From assembly GCA_002633005.1 (NCBI GenBank), contig NMRA01000122.1, positions 848,769 to 912,768 of the forward strand: DNA of 64,000 nucleotides, written 5' to 3'. A program made the position numbers and the translations under genes. Under the pieces are notes generated by a model. It saw only the letters and a program-made list of their open reading frames with translations. It ran no database searches and had not been told where the DNA came from. This DNA comes from Phoronis australis. Its lineage: Eukaryota > Animalia > Phoronida. Of this stretch, positions 38,498-52,046 are shown in pieces. Each line of letters opens with the position of its first letter. Position 1 is the stretch's first letter.

Positions 38498-41400
38498 TTG
38501 GTAATTGTATAACTGGGAGATCTTGTCAATATAAAATACACTATGGGCTCTCAGTTCGGGTCGCCTGTATTATATTCCTTCTCGGAAGTGAACTACATTT
38601 AGTCTTAATTGCTGTATTTTATTTGAGCGACTTTGTCATTTGTTAAATAGCTGCATGGCTTTGTTTATCATTAAAAGGATACCAAACTCGGTTTTGGCCT
38701 ACTTACACATACTGAAACAAAATAATGCTTTGTAACTTATCGCCAACCCTCAAAAGTCTGGAGGAAATTTTGAAAACTTCTAACAAATTCTGCTAAACGG
38801 GCAAGCGTGACCTACGCTTTTAGCAAGTTACACAGCACCTTTGGAAAAGGCCACTCGTCAAGGACCACAACGTGCAATTTATGAGATAGGAAGTATAAGT
38901 TTTTTCAGTTGATTCCTGCTTTTATTTTAGAAGGTAGACACTAAAGATGCAAAGCAGGTGACAGAAAGTGGATTGGTTGACATCATCAATATAAGGTTTA
39001 TCATCCTTACGGGACCATACAGGATCACGACGTCACGACGGCTTAGGCCTACAGTGCATCAAAAAGTTCCTGCAGTACCTCTAATACGACTGACAACAGA
39101 GTTGAAAAGTGTATTACCGTTCAAATTTTATGAGAAAAAAGCATTTAAAATGTTTTACACTTCAGTTACAAGTTTGTTGGGGCATCGTTTTACTTTCCTA
39201 ACCAAATTTCTTTCAATGTATACTTCACAATATGAAATACACTCACCTCGGCTCACGTATGTTAAATTTGTCCTCGAAGGTTAATTGGACTTTATTGTCA
39301 AGTATGCGATTTTAGCTAATTTTTTTAAAAAATTAAATATTTTAACTCCTTAAATGCTTATATTATCGGAAACTAGAAACCCAAGTAGAATTTGAAATTT
39401 CGGTTTTTACTTGTCTGATATTCATAATGAGTGCCTCACAAGAATATTTCCCTTAAATAAAATTTAGCGAAAAAGAAAAGAAAAGCACAGTAATAGCAAA
39501 ACAACGGTATCTATAACAAGTTCGAATTTCATTTGATGAAAATGCTCCAAGACGTGATCTCTATTAATGTATTAATGTTGTAAAATATCATGATTTTATT
39601 TTGAATTCGTTTTGTAAACGGTGTTTAAGTTCTTGGATTTGGAAGTTTTACATAAATCTGGACAGCTATTTCTGAGATATAAAACTTCAAAGATGGGGAA
39701 AGGTACACGATTTTGAAGCTTCAAAGTTAGAGAAATATTCAAGACGTTTTTTTTTATGGTCATACAGGACCTCGCCATAACTGGCAGGGCACCCGGCCAA
39801 GATGTCGCTAAACCACCAACACAAAATGACACAAGAGTCGGAAAGGTAAAAAATCCCAGGAGTTGCCTCTTACGTGAGGGCGTGCACCATGGGATCCTGT
39901 CTTACCCGATACACGAAGGGCGATAGAGGTGTGTAACTTTCGTTATTGATAATATTTTTGTCTGGCTGACAGTTACGGTTACCCAGCTGTGACAAATGTA
40001 TGGTGTCCAGATAATTGGGTTGTACTCAAGTATTAGTGTTTGAGTTGCGATGACGCACCTGTACTTCGAATAGATAAAGCTCTCCATCCATCATATCCAT
40101 CACCATTTGCTTGCACTAGTGTGTTGTTATTTGTCGTGGTACATTCGCGTTGACGCTAACACTTTTAATCCCGACTAACAATTGCACTAACATACTAACA
40201 CCAATCCTAACATATCAAGAAATACAGCATGAATAAATCCAAACGACGTTCAAGGTCACAAAATGCATGTTGAGTGGTGTTATTTGAATTCCTCTCCAAA
40301 TGCCAAGATCAAATGGAGCTGAACTGTGGGTCCCGTGATCGATTACTACCGTGGCAGGGACAAGGATTTTTGAATTAGTTTCCGAATGGCAAATTGAAAA
40401 CAATAGTTGATTTATCGATTGTTTGTAAATTTTATTAGTGAATGTTTTCGTTTATTTACTTACCATGCCCACGCCACAACGATACGATCCTACTCGCGGA
40501 TAACCAAGACGGAAGAAGAAGCATGAAAGACTGAAAATTAACAACCGAAGACTAAAATTAAGAAGGAAATTTAAAGTAGTTTGCAAGTCACAATGCATTA
40601 GTAAGATGGAGCTCAATACTGCGAAGGTTCACAAGCCTGAAGGCAAGATATGTAACATTGAATGATTTTTTAAAAATACCCTGTCAGACAAATAAAAACG
40701 TTTCTAAAAACAGCCCTATCAAACTGATAGTAAAACAACTAATATTCTTTCAGACTTCTGTTGATCTTTGAATTTATTTATTTGTCGACTTGTAAACTTT
40801 CGGAGCCATGAATTCCGTTATTTCATACCTTCCGCCCACAATTGTTCTCACTTGTAGTTTTCAATTCAGATCATATGGGTTTATTGTTTCGAGGGGATTA
40901 CGTTTACTTCTGTTTCTTCAAAAGTCCTGAACGGATTTTCATAAAAATTGATTCATAGGTACCTATCAGTTTGGGTTTCATACTGCACTGTACAGCTCAA
41001 TACCTTGAAGGTTTTCAAATCAGTGGCCGTAATACAACAAATGAAAATTCATTGAAAAAAGCCCTATCAGCCTGAATGTTAGCAAATTCGAGAAAAAAGC
41101 TTATTAGTGTGAAAATAATTCGACAATCTGAGAGACGAGAAGTCAGTGATTGAAAGTTAATGACAAAGGAGCGGCAACATTTTAGAGGCGGAAAACCAAA
41201 AGTTGAAAATTAAAATAAAAGCGACAGTTCAGTACACATTGCCAAACGTTGTTTGGTTACTTTACCAAGGTACTGACTGTTCGAAGAAGCCACGTGCTTA
41301 CAACTCTCCAAACATTTTGCTCGAAATCACTGCTCAAAATGCCTCGTGAAAATTCGAACCTTTTGTTTTCGAACTAATAGTCTTTCGGGCTTGTGTGGAT

Positions 41401-43874
41401 ATTGGTGGATTTATTTACTTGCTTGTCTTTGAAAACAAGGAATACCGGCATCTCATAAATTTACCCCACACTTTTTCTCACTTGTAGTTTTCAGTTCAGT
41501 TCATGTGATTTCATTGTTTCCAAGGGGTTGACTTCCTTTTATCATTATTTTAGGTCTTTTAGGTACTTGGCCTTTCGTCGAACTATTTGACTTTGGCTGA
41601 CCAGTATACCATTAACATGCGAGATCTGACATTGCGAGCAATGACAATACATTGTATACCAGAAGTTCTGCAGGACCACTGACACGAATCGCACAAGAGT
41701 CAAGGTTCCGTTAACTTGTAAACATCGTAGAAGCTTCTAGGTTTTATTACACATTTGTGCTCCTGTGTGTCATCAAAACATGACCGACATTTTTTCGATA
41801 TGGAAAAGGGAAGTGTAAAATCTACTAGCCAGTCATTCAGGCATATGTCTTTATTAATGCACAATGACTCACATCTGGTTTCAAGGCATGTTCTCTTAAA
41901 AACCATTAATAGCTAGCAAAAACCGAAGACCCATTGTTAATAAAACAACCGTGTCAAAACATGATCGAAAATCATTTGATGAAAAATTTCGAGAAGTGAT
42001 CTCAGAAACAATGTTGATGTTCTGAATTGGGATTATTGCACTTTCGTTTTGTAAAAGACGTTTAAATCATAGTATGTGAACGTTTTACATAAATCTGAAT
42101 CAAGAGAAATGTAGACGCTTTTTCTAGGGTCATACAGGATCTGAACTAGAAGGATCTTTACCTCGCCACCATTGCCAACGGACTAAAGATGTCACTGAAC
42201 CAGCAACTCAAAACGACACCAGAGTCGGAAAAATCAAAAATCCCGGAAATTGCCTCTTCCATCAGGACGTGCGCCATGAGATGCTATCTTATCCAAACAA
42301 AAGACGATAAAGGTGTGTAAATTTCGTTATTAAAACGTTTTGGACTTGCTGATGGGTGCATTTACAGTTCTCCACCTGTGACAACTGTGTGGTTTCCAGG
42401 TCGCTGTAAAATATTTCAAGTAATATTTCCGATCCCGTCCAACAAAGCACTAACATACAATACAAGCCCTAACATACGAATACATACACCACAAATTAAT
42501 CTAAATGGCGTTCAAGGTCGCAAAAGCCATGCTGAATGGAATATTTGAATCCCTGTGCCAATGCAGAAGCAAGATGAAGCTGAGCAGTGCTTCCCGTGGT
42601 CGATTCCTGCCGGTGTAGGAGGAAGATTTTTCAATTAATCTGCGTACGTCAAATTGAAAGCAATTGATAGGTCGATTGTTCGTAAATTTTATCAATACGC
42701 GTTTTTTTCCTATTTACACGCCATACCCATACAAAAAGATAACCTTCGTTTAACCAAAACGAAAGAAAAAAGATTTATGACGAAAATTATGAAGCTTAAG
42801 TATCGTTACTTGGGTTTCATACTGCAGTGTATACAGTTCAATACATTGAACATTCTCAAATCCCTACTCATGATACAACAAAAGAAAACATTTTTAAAAG
42901 GGTTCTATTAGACCGAAGGTTCTCAATTTCGAGAAAAAGCTTACTAGTTCTAAAATAGTTTAACAAGGACAAGGTCTTTTCAATAGATGTGCGTATGGTT
43001 AATTGAAAACAGTCGATTTTTCGATTATTTGTGAATTTTATCAATGCATGTTTTGTCTATTTACACGCCACACCCAAGCCCCAACAATACCCCCATGACC
43101 CTTGGATAACCAAAACGAATTCCGAAAGATTTAAGGTGAAACTTATGAAGGTAAACTATCATTGCTTGCGTTTCATATTGCATTTACTATAAATAGTGTA
43201 CAGCTCAATATGTTTAAGGTCGTCAAAACCGTACCCGTATTACGCTAAACGAAAACGTTTTAAAAAAGGCCATATCAAATTGCTAGTTGAACAACGGTTT
43301 CAGTAACTTAATCGAAGTTTATTTGGTGAAAAGTTTCGAGATGTGGTCTCAGAGACACCAGAGTCGAAAAGGTAAGAAATCCCGAAAATTGCCTCTTTTT
43401 TGAGGGCGTGCACCATTAGATGGTATCAAGGTTTCGTTCACTTGTAAATATCATAGAATCTTCTGGTTTGTACTAAACGTTTGTACTCCTGTGAATCATC
43501 AAAATATGATCGACACTTCTTTGATTTGGAAAAGTGAAACGAAAAATGTAGTCGCCAATCATTCAGGCATCTGACTGTATTGATGTACACTGTTTCACAC
43601 CTGATTTCAGGGCACAGTTTCTCAAAAACCATAGAATTTAGCACAAAAAACAAGCACACATTGATAGTAAGGCACCGGCATTAACAACAAGACCGAATTT
43701 CATTTAAAGAAAATGATCCAGATGTGAAATACGGTTAGTGCTCTAAAATATGAGCATTTCATTTTCATTTTCATTTTCATTTTGTAAAAGGTATTTATAT
43801 CATAGAATTGAAATTTCACATAAATTTGAACAGATATTTCTGATACGAAGCTTTAAAGTTAGAGAAATGTAGAC

Positions 43875-44785
43875 TTTTTTATTCGCCCGCATATTTATAT
43901 GTGAGTGTTTGTCATCTTTGCCTGCCCGGTTGTCCGGGCGTCCGGGATACGGCGTCCACAGCTTTATCTTTTAAATCCTCACAGGACCTTGATAAGATTT
44001 GGCAGATGTGCTTCTATAAGGCTGACGGCAGTTGACGATGAATTTCGGACGGATCCGCCTACCGGTGGCATTTTTTTCGTTTATCTCTGTTTCTTCAAAG
44101 GTCATCGGATTTTCATAAAACTTGGCTCATGGGCCAATAAGATGACGCTATCCTCTCGTTTTCGAATGACACCTAATGGCAAATTTTACTGCCCGCGAGT
44201 ATATTTTTGGCGCCTAACCCTCCATCAATCAAACCACTCTAAGGATGATTGTGAAAATTGGCGTATATGTTCTTACTATCAGAAGGCAGCTGACAACGGC
44301 TTTCCGACGACTTAGATACCGTGACACCTCCTAGTGGCATTTTCCTTTGATTTTGCGCCCAACCCATGGCTCTGTAAGATCTTTATTAAATTTAGCAAGT
44401 ATCTTTATATTAAGTTGACAACGGATGTCAACGATTTCAGGACGGATTGGACTACCGGTGTGCCTCCTAGTGGCAATTCAAATTTTTTAAAGTTTACCTT
44501 AAGTCTATATATTCAAAGGTTCTTTGACGGATTTTCATGAAATTTGGCAGATAGGCATATATTAGTGAAATGGTGCCTATCTTTCATTTTCTGATGGATT
44601 GGGATTATTTTGCGGTACCTAGCGGCTATTTTTTTACTGTTTTCGAGTCTTTTTGTCAACCAAACCACTCTACGGATGATTTTAAAAATTGGCATACATG
44701 TTTTTACTGTAAAAAAGGCGGCTGACGGTCTTGTTTTGACGAAATTGACTACTGTGGCGCTTCTTGGTGGCAAATTGAAAAAAAT
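43875..44785 (+). mobile_element. HINE/DINE-1-like element, 5' portion
   Basis: Starts tttttattcgcccgcatatttatatgtg, followed by a tgtcc/gtccgg tract and cctagtggc modules as in 48872-50000. Confidence 0.7.
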
Positions 44786-47700
44786 GATTTTGTCGGTTGT
44801 TTGTAAACTACACGGTTTTTGTCTATTTACAAGCCATACCCATACCCCAACCATGTGCTGCGACCCACGGATAACCAAAACAGGAGAAGGATTAACGATG
44901 AAAATTATGAAGGTAAACTAACGTTGGTTGCGTTTCATACTGCATTAATATAAATAACTGTAGTTCGATACTTTGAAGGTTCTCAAGTCCAAATACCCAT
45001 AACACGAGAAATGAAACTATTTTTAAAAATGCCCTATCAGGCCCAAGGTTCACGATTCCGACAGACAAGAAAGTTAGTTTGTCCGAAATAAGGCCACGAA
45101 ACCAGAAGCCGGTTATTCAAAGTCAACGACAACGAAGCAGCAAAATTTTAGTGGCGGTAAAACAAAGTTTGAAAATGTAAATGAAAGCGAAAGCTCAATG
45201 CACATTGCTGAACTGTGTTTGGATCATTTCCAGAGGCACTGGCTCTTCGAGTGTTAAATATCCCAAAATATTTTGTTCCAAATCACCGTTCAGAACCTCA
45301 TCTCATTAAAGTTTGAAGTTTTAGCTTTCGCAGTTATGGGCTTTCGTACTTGCGTGTATTTGTGGACTTAAAAACCTTCGGAAAAATGAAAGCCGTGATT
45401 TCATACCTTCAGCAAACACACTTTTTCACTTCTAGTTTTAAATTGAAGTCCTGTAGGTTTTATCGCTTCTAAAGGCTTGGTTTCCTTTTAACCGTACTGT
45501 AGATTTAATAGCGACTTGGTCATTCTTCGAACGGTGGACTTTGGCTGACTAGTATACCATTAACGCGCGGAATTTAACGTTGAAAGCAGTGACCGTATAC
45601 CCAAGGTAGGCCAGGACAACTAACACAAATGTCACCAGTAATGTTCATCTGAAACCATCGTTGTTTGATTTGAAAAAGCGAAGTTCAAAATTTACTCGCT
45701 AGTCATTCAACATCTGTCTTTATTCATGAACACTGTTTCACACCTGGTTTCAGGGCAAAAACTGTAAATTTAAAAAAAAACAAAAGCACATTAATGTTAA
45801 AACAATGGTATCAATCACACAGTGGAATTTCATTCGATGAAAGTAAATGTTTCAGAAGTCATCACAGAAAAACAGTTAATATGATCATTTCATTTTCGTT
45901 TTTTGAACGGTGTTTAAATCATGATATTTGACATTTTACCTAAATCTGAACTGCTATTCTGATAGGAATCTTCAAAGTTAGAGAAATTTGAACGTTATTC
46001 CAAAGGTAATACATGATCTGAACAACCATGACCTCGCCACTACTGACAGAGAACCAAAGATAACACTGAACCACCTACTCAAATGATACAGTAATTGGAA
46101 AGGTAAAAAAATCTCTGAAGTTGCACCTTCCGTGAGGGCGCGCCATGAGATGCTTTCTTACACGGTACACGAATGACGATAGAGGTATGAAACTTTCGTT
46201 ATTGATAACATTTTGTCTGGCTGATACATGCAGTTACAGTTGTCTACCTGTGTCAACTTTGTGGTGTCCAAATCATTGTAACAGCGTTTAAGTGCTGTCG
46301 AACATTGTTTGGATCCTTTCGAGAAGAGGCACTGGCACTTCCAAGAAATAGTTTCAAACAGGAACGTGCATACAAATCTCCGAACATTTTGCTAACTGTA
46401 ACAAATGAAAGTTCGAAATTTTAGCTTTCAAACTAATGGACTTTCGACCTAGTTTGGACCTTTGGATTTATGGATTTTTGGACTTGCAAACCTTTGGACC
46501 AATGAATAAGTGATTTCATACCTTCTGCTCACACTCTTTCTCACTTGTACTTTTCAATTCAGATCATAAGGTTTCATTGCTTCCAATGAGACGACTTTGT
46601 TTGAACATCATTGTAGGCTTTTAAGGAATTGCAATGACCTAATTTCATCAAACCACTGGACATGGGCTGACTAGTATACCATTGTCATGCGGAATCTGAC
46701 GTCACGAGCAGTGAGAGTGTACCAAAGGTGCCGCTGGATCACTCACAGGAATGACAACAGAGTCAAAAGGTAAGGTGCCGTTCACCTCTAAATATCCTGG
46801 AAGTTAAATGCTTAGACTGTCTGTGTGTTCTACGAGTCATCAAAACTGTGCAGAAGCCTTGTTTGGTTTGGAAAAGTCGAGTCATTCAGGCATCTATTTT
46901 TATTCATATATATTGTATTACACCTAGACTAACATTTGCACTAACATACTAACACATACCCTAACACACTAAAAACAGCATGACTGAATCCAAATGACGA
47001 TCCTGGTCATGGAGTGCATGCTGAATGCTGTTAACTGAATTCCTCTGCAGATGCCATAACCAGGTGGAGCTGAGCAGTGGTTCCCTTGATCGATTACACC
47101 CGTGGCATGGAGAAGGATTTTTCAATTACATTAATTATTCAAGTATCAAATGGAAAACAATTGATTTCTCAATTGTTTTTAAATTTTATTATTCCACGGT
47201 TTTGTTTATTTACTTGCTATACTCACACAACAACGATACGTTGCGACCCCTGGATTACCAAAACGGAAGAAGGAGAATGGAAGAAGAATGACAAACGAAG
47301 ACTAAAATTAATGTAATATAACTTTGCTTGCGTTTCATACTGAATTGGTATAAATAGAGTATAGCTCTATACTATGAAGGTTCACAAGTCTAAAGACAAA
47401 TCATCTGACAATTGAATATATATTTCCAAAAGAGCCCTTTAACCCCGAGGGTTCACAAATCCGACAGAAAGAAAAGATAGTTAGTTCGAAACTAGTTTGA
47501 AGGTCTATTATACCTGAAACCTGTGATTTAGCCATGGTAGTGGTGGTAAACAAATATTTTGAATATGTAAATAAATGCAACATCTCTGCACATTGCCGAA
47601 TATTGTTTTGATCCTTCCGACAGGCTCTCAGGGTTCCATAAAGTAGTTTCAAATAGGCACGTGCATATAAATACCCGAACCTTCTTCTCCAAACAACTTT

Positions 47701-48871
47701 TCAAAATCTTGATACATGAAAGTTCTAACTTTTAGCTTCGGACTGGTGCGGACCTTCGAATTTATAGATTTTTGGACGTTTAAGCTTTCAGAACAATGAA
47801 TATCTTGAATTCATGCCTTCTGCTCACACTCTTTCTCACTCGTAGATTTCAATTCAGATCATACGATTTCATTGCCTCCAAGGGGTTGACTTCGTTTGAA
47901 TTTTATTGTAGGTTTTTAGAGACTTCTCCAAATTTCTTCGAACCACTGGACTGACTAATATACCACTAACATGCGGCATGCGGGATTTGACGTCGCGAAC
48001 AGCGGGATGAAACCACAGGACCACTTACGCGAATGACACCATAGCCAAAAAGTATGGTGCCATTAAGCTGTAAACATCCTGGAAGTTACATGCTTTGACC
48101 GTATTTGCATTCTAGGACCCATCAATTCACACCTGGTTTCAGGGCACAATAAATTATTTCTCAAAAACCGTAAAATTTAGCTGAGAACAGTGACATGGTA
48201 CGAAATGTGCTGCAGTACCACTTACACTAATGACACCAGAGACAAAAGGTACGGTGCTGCTAAGCTGTAAATCTCCTGGAAGTTACTTGTTTCGACTGCA
48301 TGCGAGTTTGTTTAACATAGAAAAGTAAAGTGAAACATCTACTCGTCAGTCATTCAGGCATCTCTTTTTTCATTTACACTTTTTCACACCTTGTTTTAGC
48401 TCACACTCTCTCAAAAATCATAGTATTTAGCAAAAGACAGAGCTCATTGATAGTAAAACAGCGATCACAATAGCAAGGTCGAATTTACTTAAATGCTAAA
48501 TTTTCCAGAAGTGATCTATGAAATACTCTTCATGTTCTAAAATATGATCACTTCATTTTCGTTTTGTGAACTGTGTTTAAATATTGGTATTTCAATATTT
48601 TACATAAATGTAAACAGCTATTTCTGAGATGAATTTAAATATTCAAACTAAGAGAGAAATATAGAGACATTTTTAGGATCATACAGGACCTGAACAAGCA
48701 GCACTCTGACCTCGCTACCACTGGAAGAGAACCTAAGGTGTCGCCGATAACCGACACAAAATAAAACCGGAGACGGAAATGTAAAAAAGACCCGAAATTT
48801 GCACTTCCGTGAGAGAGCACGCTGTGAGATGCTGTCTTTCCAGATACATGAAGGACGATAGTGCTGATTAA

Positions 48872-50370
48872 TTTTTATGCGCCCACATATTTATATGTGG
48901 ACGCACTATGCCGTCATCTCCGTCCGTCTGTCAGTCCGGGCGGCGTCCGTCCGGCGTCCGCTGCTTTATCTCCAAAACCCTTTGACATACGTTGATGAAA
49001 TTTGGCACATATGTTCCATTCATGAATGGGACGGCATGTGCGTACTTTCGGACGGATCCAACTACCGGTGTGCCCCCTAGTGGCAATTTTAGTTTTTTAC
49101 GCTTACCTTTGTATCTTCAAAAGTCCTGAACGGATTTTCATGAAATTTGGTATGTAGGCACCTATTAGTGAGATGGCGCTATCCTCCCGTTTTCAGATGG
49201 ATTCGACGTAGTTTGCCCCACCTAGTGGCCATTTTTACTGTTTTCGAGTCTGTATTTTTGCGTCCACCCCTCTATCAACCAAACCGCTCAAAGGATGATT
49301 GTGAAAATTGGCATGTATGTGCTTACTATAAAGAGGACAGCTGGCAATGATTTTCAGACGATTTGGACTACTGTGGCGCCTCCTAGTGGCAGTTTTTTTT
49401 GCGCCTATGGCTGTATCTCCTAAACCGTTCGCAGGATCTTTACGAAATTTAATAAGTGTATTTATAAGATGTTAACAACAGACGGTGACGACTTTTGGAC
49501 GGATCCGCCTACCAGTGTGCCCCCTAGTGGCAATTTCATTTTTTTACTTTTACCTCTGTATCTTCACAAGTCCTTCACGGATTTTCATGAAATTTGGTAT
49601 GTAGGCACCTATTAGTGCGATGACGCTATCCGTTTTCGGATGGATTCAACCTAGTTTGCGACACCCAGTGGCCATTTTTACTGTTTTTGAATCGTTTTTT
49701 GGCGTCCACCCCTCTATCAACCAAACCGCTCTAAGTATGATTTTGAAAATTGGCATGTATGTTCTTACCATGAAGAGGACGGTTGACGTTGAATTTCCCA
49801 TGACTTTGATTACTGTGGCGCCTCCTAGTGGCAGTTTTTTTTTGCGCCCATGGCTGTATCTCCCAAACCATTTGCAGGATCTTTACTAAATTTAGCAAGT
49901 GTATTATGTGATGTTGACAACGGACGGTGACGACTTTAGGATGATTATGACTACCGGTATGCCTCTAGTAGCAATTTTAGTATTTTACATTGACCTCTGT
50001 ATTTTCATAGGTCTTCAGGTGTATACTTTGTGTTACTTCGTGACTATGAAGGAAAAGTTCCAAGTAGAAATTTGTTTCTGGCATTCTAATGCTGTGCTAA
50101 TCTTGTATGTTGGTAAATTTGTTTTTAATTCTACGTTTCTGTGGTGCTTTAAGCAACTGATGTATAGCATGTGCTTGTATTATGAAGATACTCACATTTT
50201 GCCCCTAGCCTATTGAGGAGACAATGACCATGCCTTTCCATTTTGCAAAGTACAACATACTACATATATGGCCTCTACTGGCCACTTTATGGTACCAATA
50301 AACAACCCTAGAAGGATACCGTATACGGTGCAATTGTGGGCGCATTTCAACGCTCTGCGTTGCTCTTGTT
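48872..50370 (+). mobile_element. Complete Helentron-associated non-autonomous element (HINE/DINE-1-like), ~1.5 kb
   Basis: 5' T-run plus subTIR ATGCGCCCACA (48877-48887) with local palindrome cacatat-ttat-atgtg; CCGT/CTGT microsatellite; two internal ~460-bp tandem modules; 3' subTIR TGTGGGCGCAT (50335-50345), hairpin CAACGC-TCT-GCGTTG, then CTCTTGTT. Confidence 0.8.
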
Positions 50371-51284
50371 GTTTTTGATTACATTTGGGTCTTGCATTTA
50401 CAGCTCTCCACCGGTGACAAGGTTTGCGGTTTCCAGATTATTGTAATAGTTCTTAAGGGTGGACTGTAGCTTTGTTCTACTCTGGGTTGTAGTCAAATAT
50501 TAGTGTTTGGATCGTGATAACGCACATGTACTTCAAATGAATAGATCTCTATACATCCATCAAATCTATTACACTAGACATTTGTTGCAGGTCTTGGTGG
50601 TACAATTGTGCAGACGCTAGCGCTCTTTCTAATTCCGACTGAAAATTGCACTAACACAATAATACAAGTCCTAACATACTAAAACAACGGCATGATTGAA
50701 CCCAAATAACGTTCAATATCCCAAAATGCATGCTGAATGGTGTTATTTGAATTCCTTTGGAGATTTCACAAGCAGAAACAGTATTGAAAACAATTGATTT
50801 ATCGACTGTTTGTAAATTTTATTAATACACGTTTTTATCTATTTACACGCCATACCCATACCCACGATACGTTGGGACCTACGGATATCCAAAACGGAAG
50901 AAGTAAAGTAACGTTGCTTACGTTTCATACTGCATTAGTATAAATAAAACACAGCTCGATACTCTGAAGGTTCTCAAGTGTTATAACGCCTATAATACAA
51001 CAAATTAGAATTTTTTGAAAAGGTCTGGTAGTTAGTTCGACAATCTATGAGACCAGTGATGCAAAGTCATTGACAGGGGAGCAGCATACTTTTAGTACCA
51101 GGAAACTAAAAATGTAAATAAAAACAACAGCTCAGTGACCATTGCCAAATTTTTTGGATCCTTTCGAGAGGCTTTGGCTCTTCCATGAAGTAGTTTCAAA
51201 GGAGACATGGATGGACTTTGATCACTTTTGCATGACTATTTAATCGTCTGTGTAGTATCTCCTGCATATATCAATCATAATATG

Positions 51285-51562
51285 TGTGACGCGACGTTCG
51301 TAACTTTACGCTTAATTAGTTGCAAATGTTCAGTTATTCTTATGCTAAGGTCTTTGTTGCGTCTCAGTGCGCCTTTGTTACGTGGGCATGCGGGCGCGAC
51401 TGTATGTGTCTGGCACTTCGCTAGCGACAGGCTTAGTAGAAGGATGTTTCCTTCCTTTGCCTTCATGAAAATTGATTGTTATCATGTGTAACTGAACTGA
51501 AACGTATGCCTGATGAGATGAAATACACATTTTGATGTTCAGTGGAGACTTGCTCTGTTACA
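51285..51562 (+). repeat. 5' LTR
   Basis: TGTGAC...GTTACA; direct repeat of 55449-55726. Confidence 0.93.
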
Positions 51563-51564
51563 TT

Positions 51565-51577
51565 TGGCGCCCAACGT
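51565..51577 (+). promoter_or_regulatory. Primer-binding site, tRNA-Lys(CUU) type
   Basis: TGGCGCCCAACGT 2 nt after the 5' LTR; matches the start of the known Lys1,2 PBS TGGCGCCCAACGTGGGGC. Confidence 0.85.
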
Positions 51578-52046
51578 AAATCGAACAAACCAGAACTTTT
51601 CTCTGATGACGTCTTTAAAATTATGACCGTGCTACGGCCTTGCATGGAAAGTTGAACTGCTTGCTGACTTTACAAGATTTGTGTCACGGTTCGGGTAAGA
51701 ATTTTCTGGAAAGGACAATGTCTCAATTTGCTACTAGCGTGGTCACAAGTTCGTGGTGGTGTCTGGAACAGATCCTCGTGCTCGCTAAGAACGGAACTTT
51801 CTGGACTATGTGTTTTACGACGCCCTATCCTGCTGGTTCAAGCATCTGCAGCTTGGTACCGGTGGATCAGACGGCAGCTGAAATTCCCTGTTCTGACTCA
51901 GCTGAGAATTCTGAGAAGTTCATAATAAACCCAGATTTAAGTATTGAGCAGCGCGCCCGACCCACAAGCTTACTCAATGAATATCAAGATATTTTTGCGC
52001 AGAATGATTTGGATCTTGGTCATGTTACTCAGGTTCAGCATAAGAN

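Larger units (their letters stand above)
32300..51200. repeat. Ancient rearranged array of ~2.3-2.4 kb complex units (roughly 5-7 partial copies) interrupted by transposons
   Basis: Landmarks recur in similar order: gatacacgaaggacgata-like (~32331, 39908, 42295, 46165, 48843); ctatttacacgccatacccat..ggataaccaa (~33667, 40452, 42710, 43057, 44823, 47206, 50840); ggctgactagtataccatt..gacgtcgcga (~34423, 41595, 45543, 46665, 47949). Confidence 0.85.
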
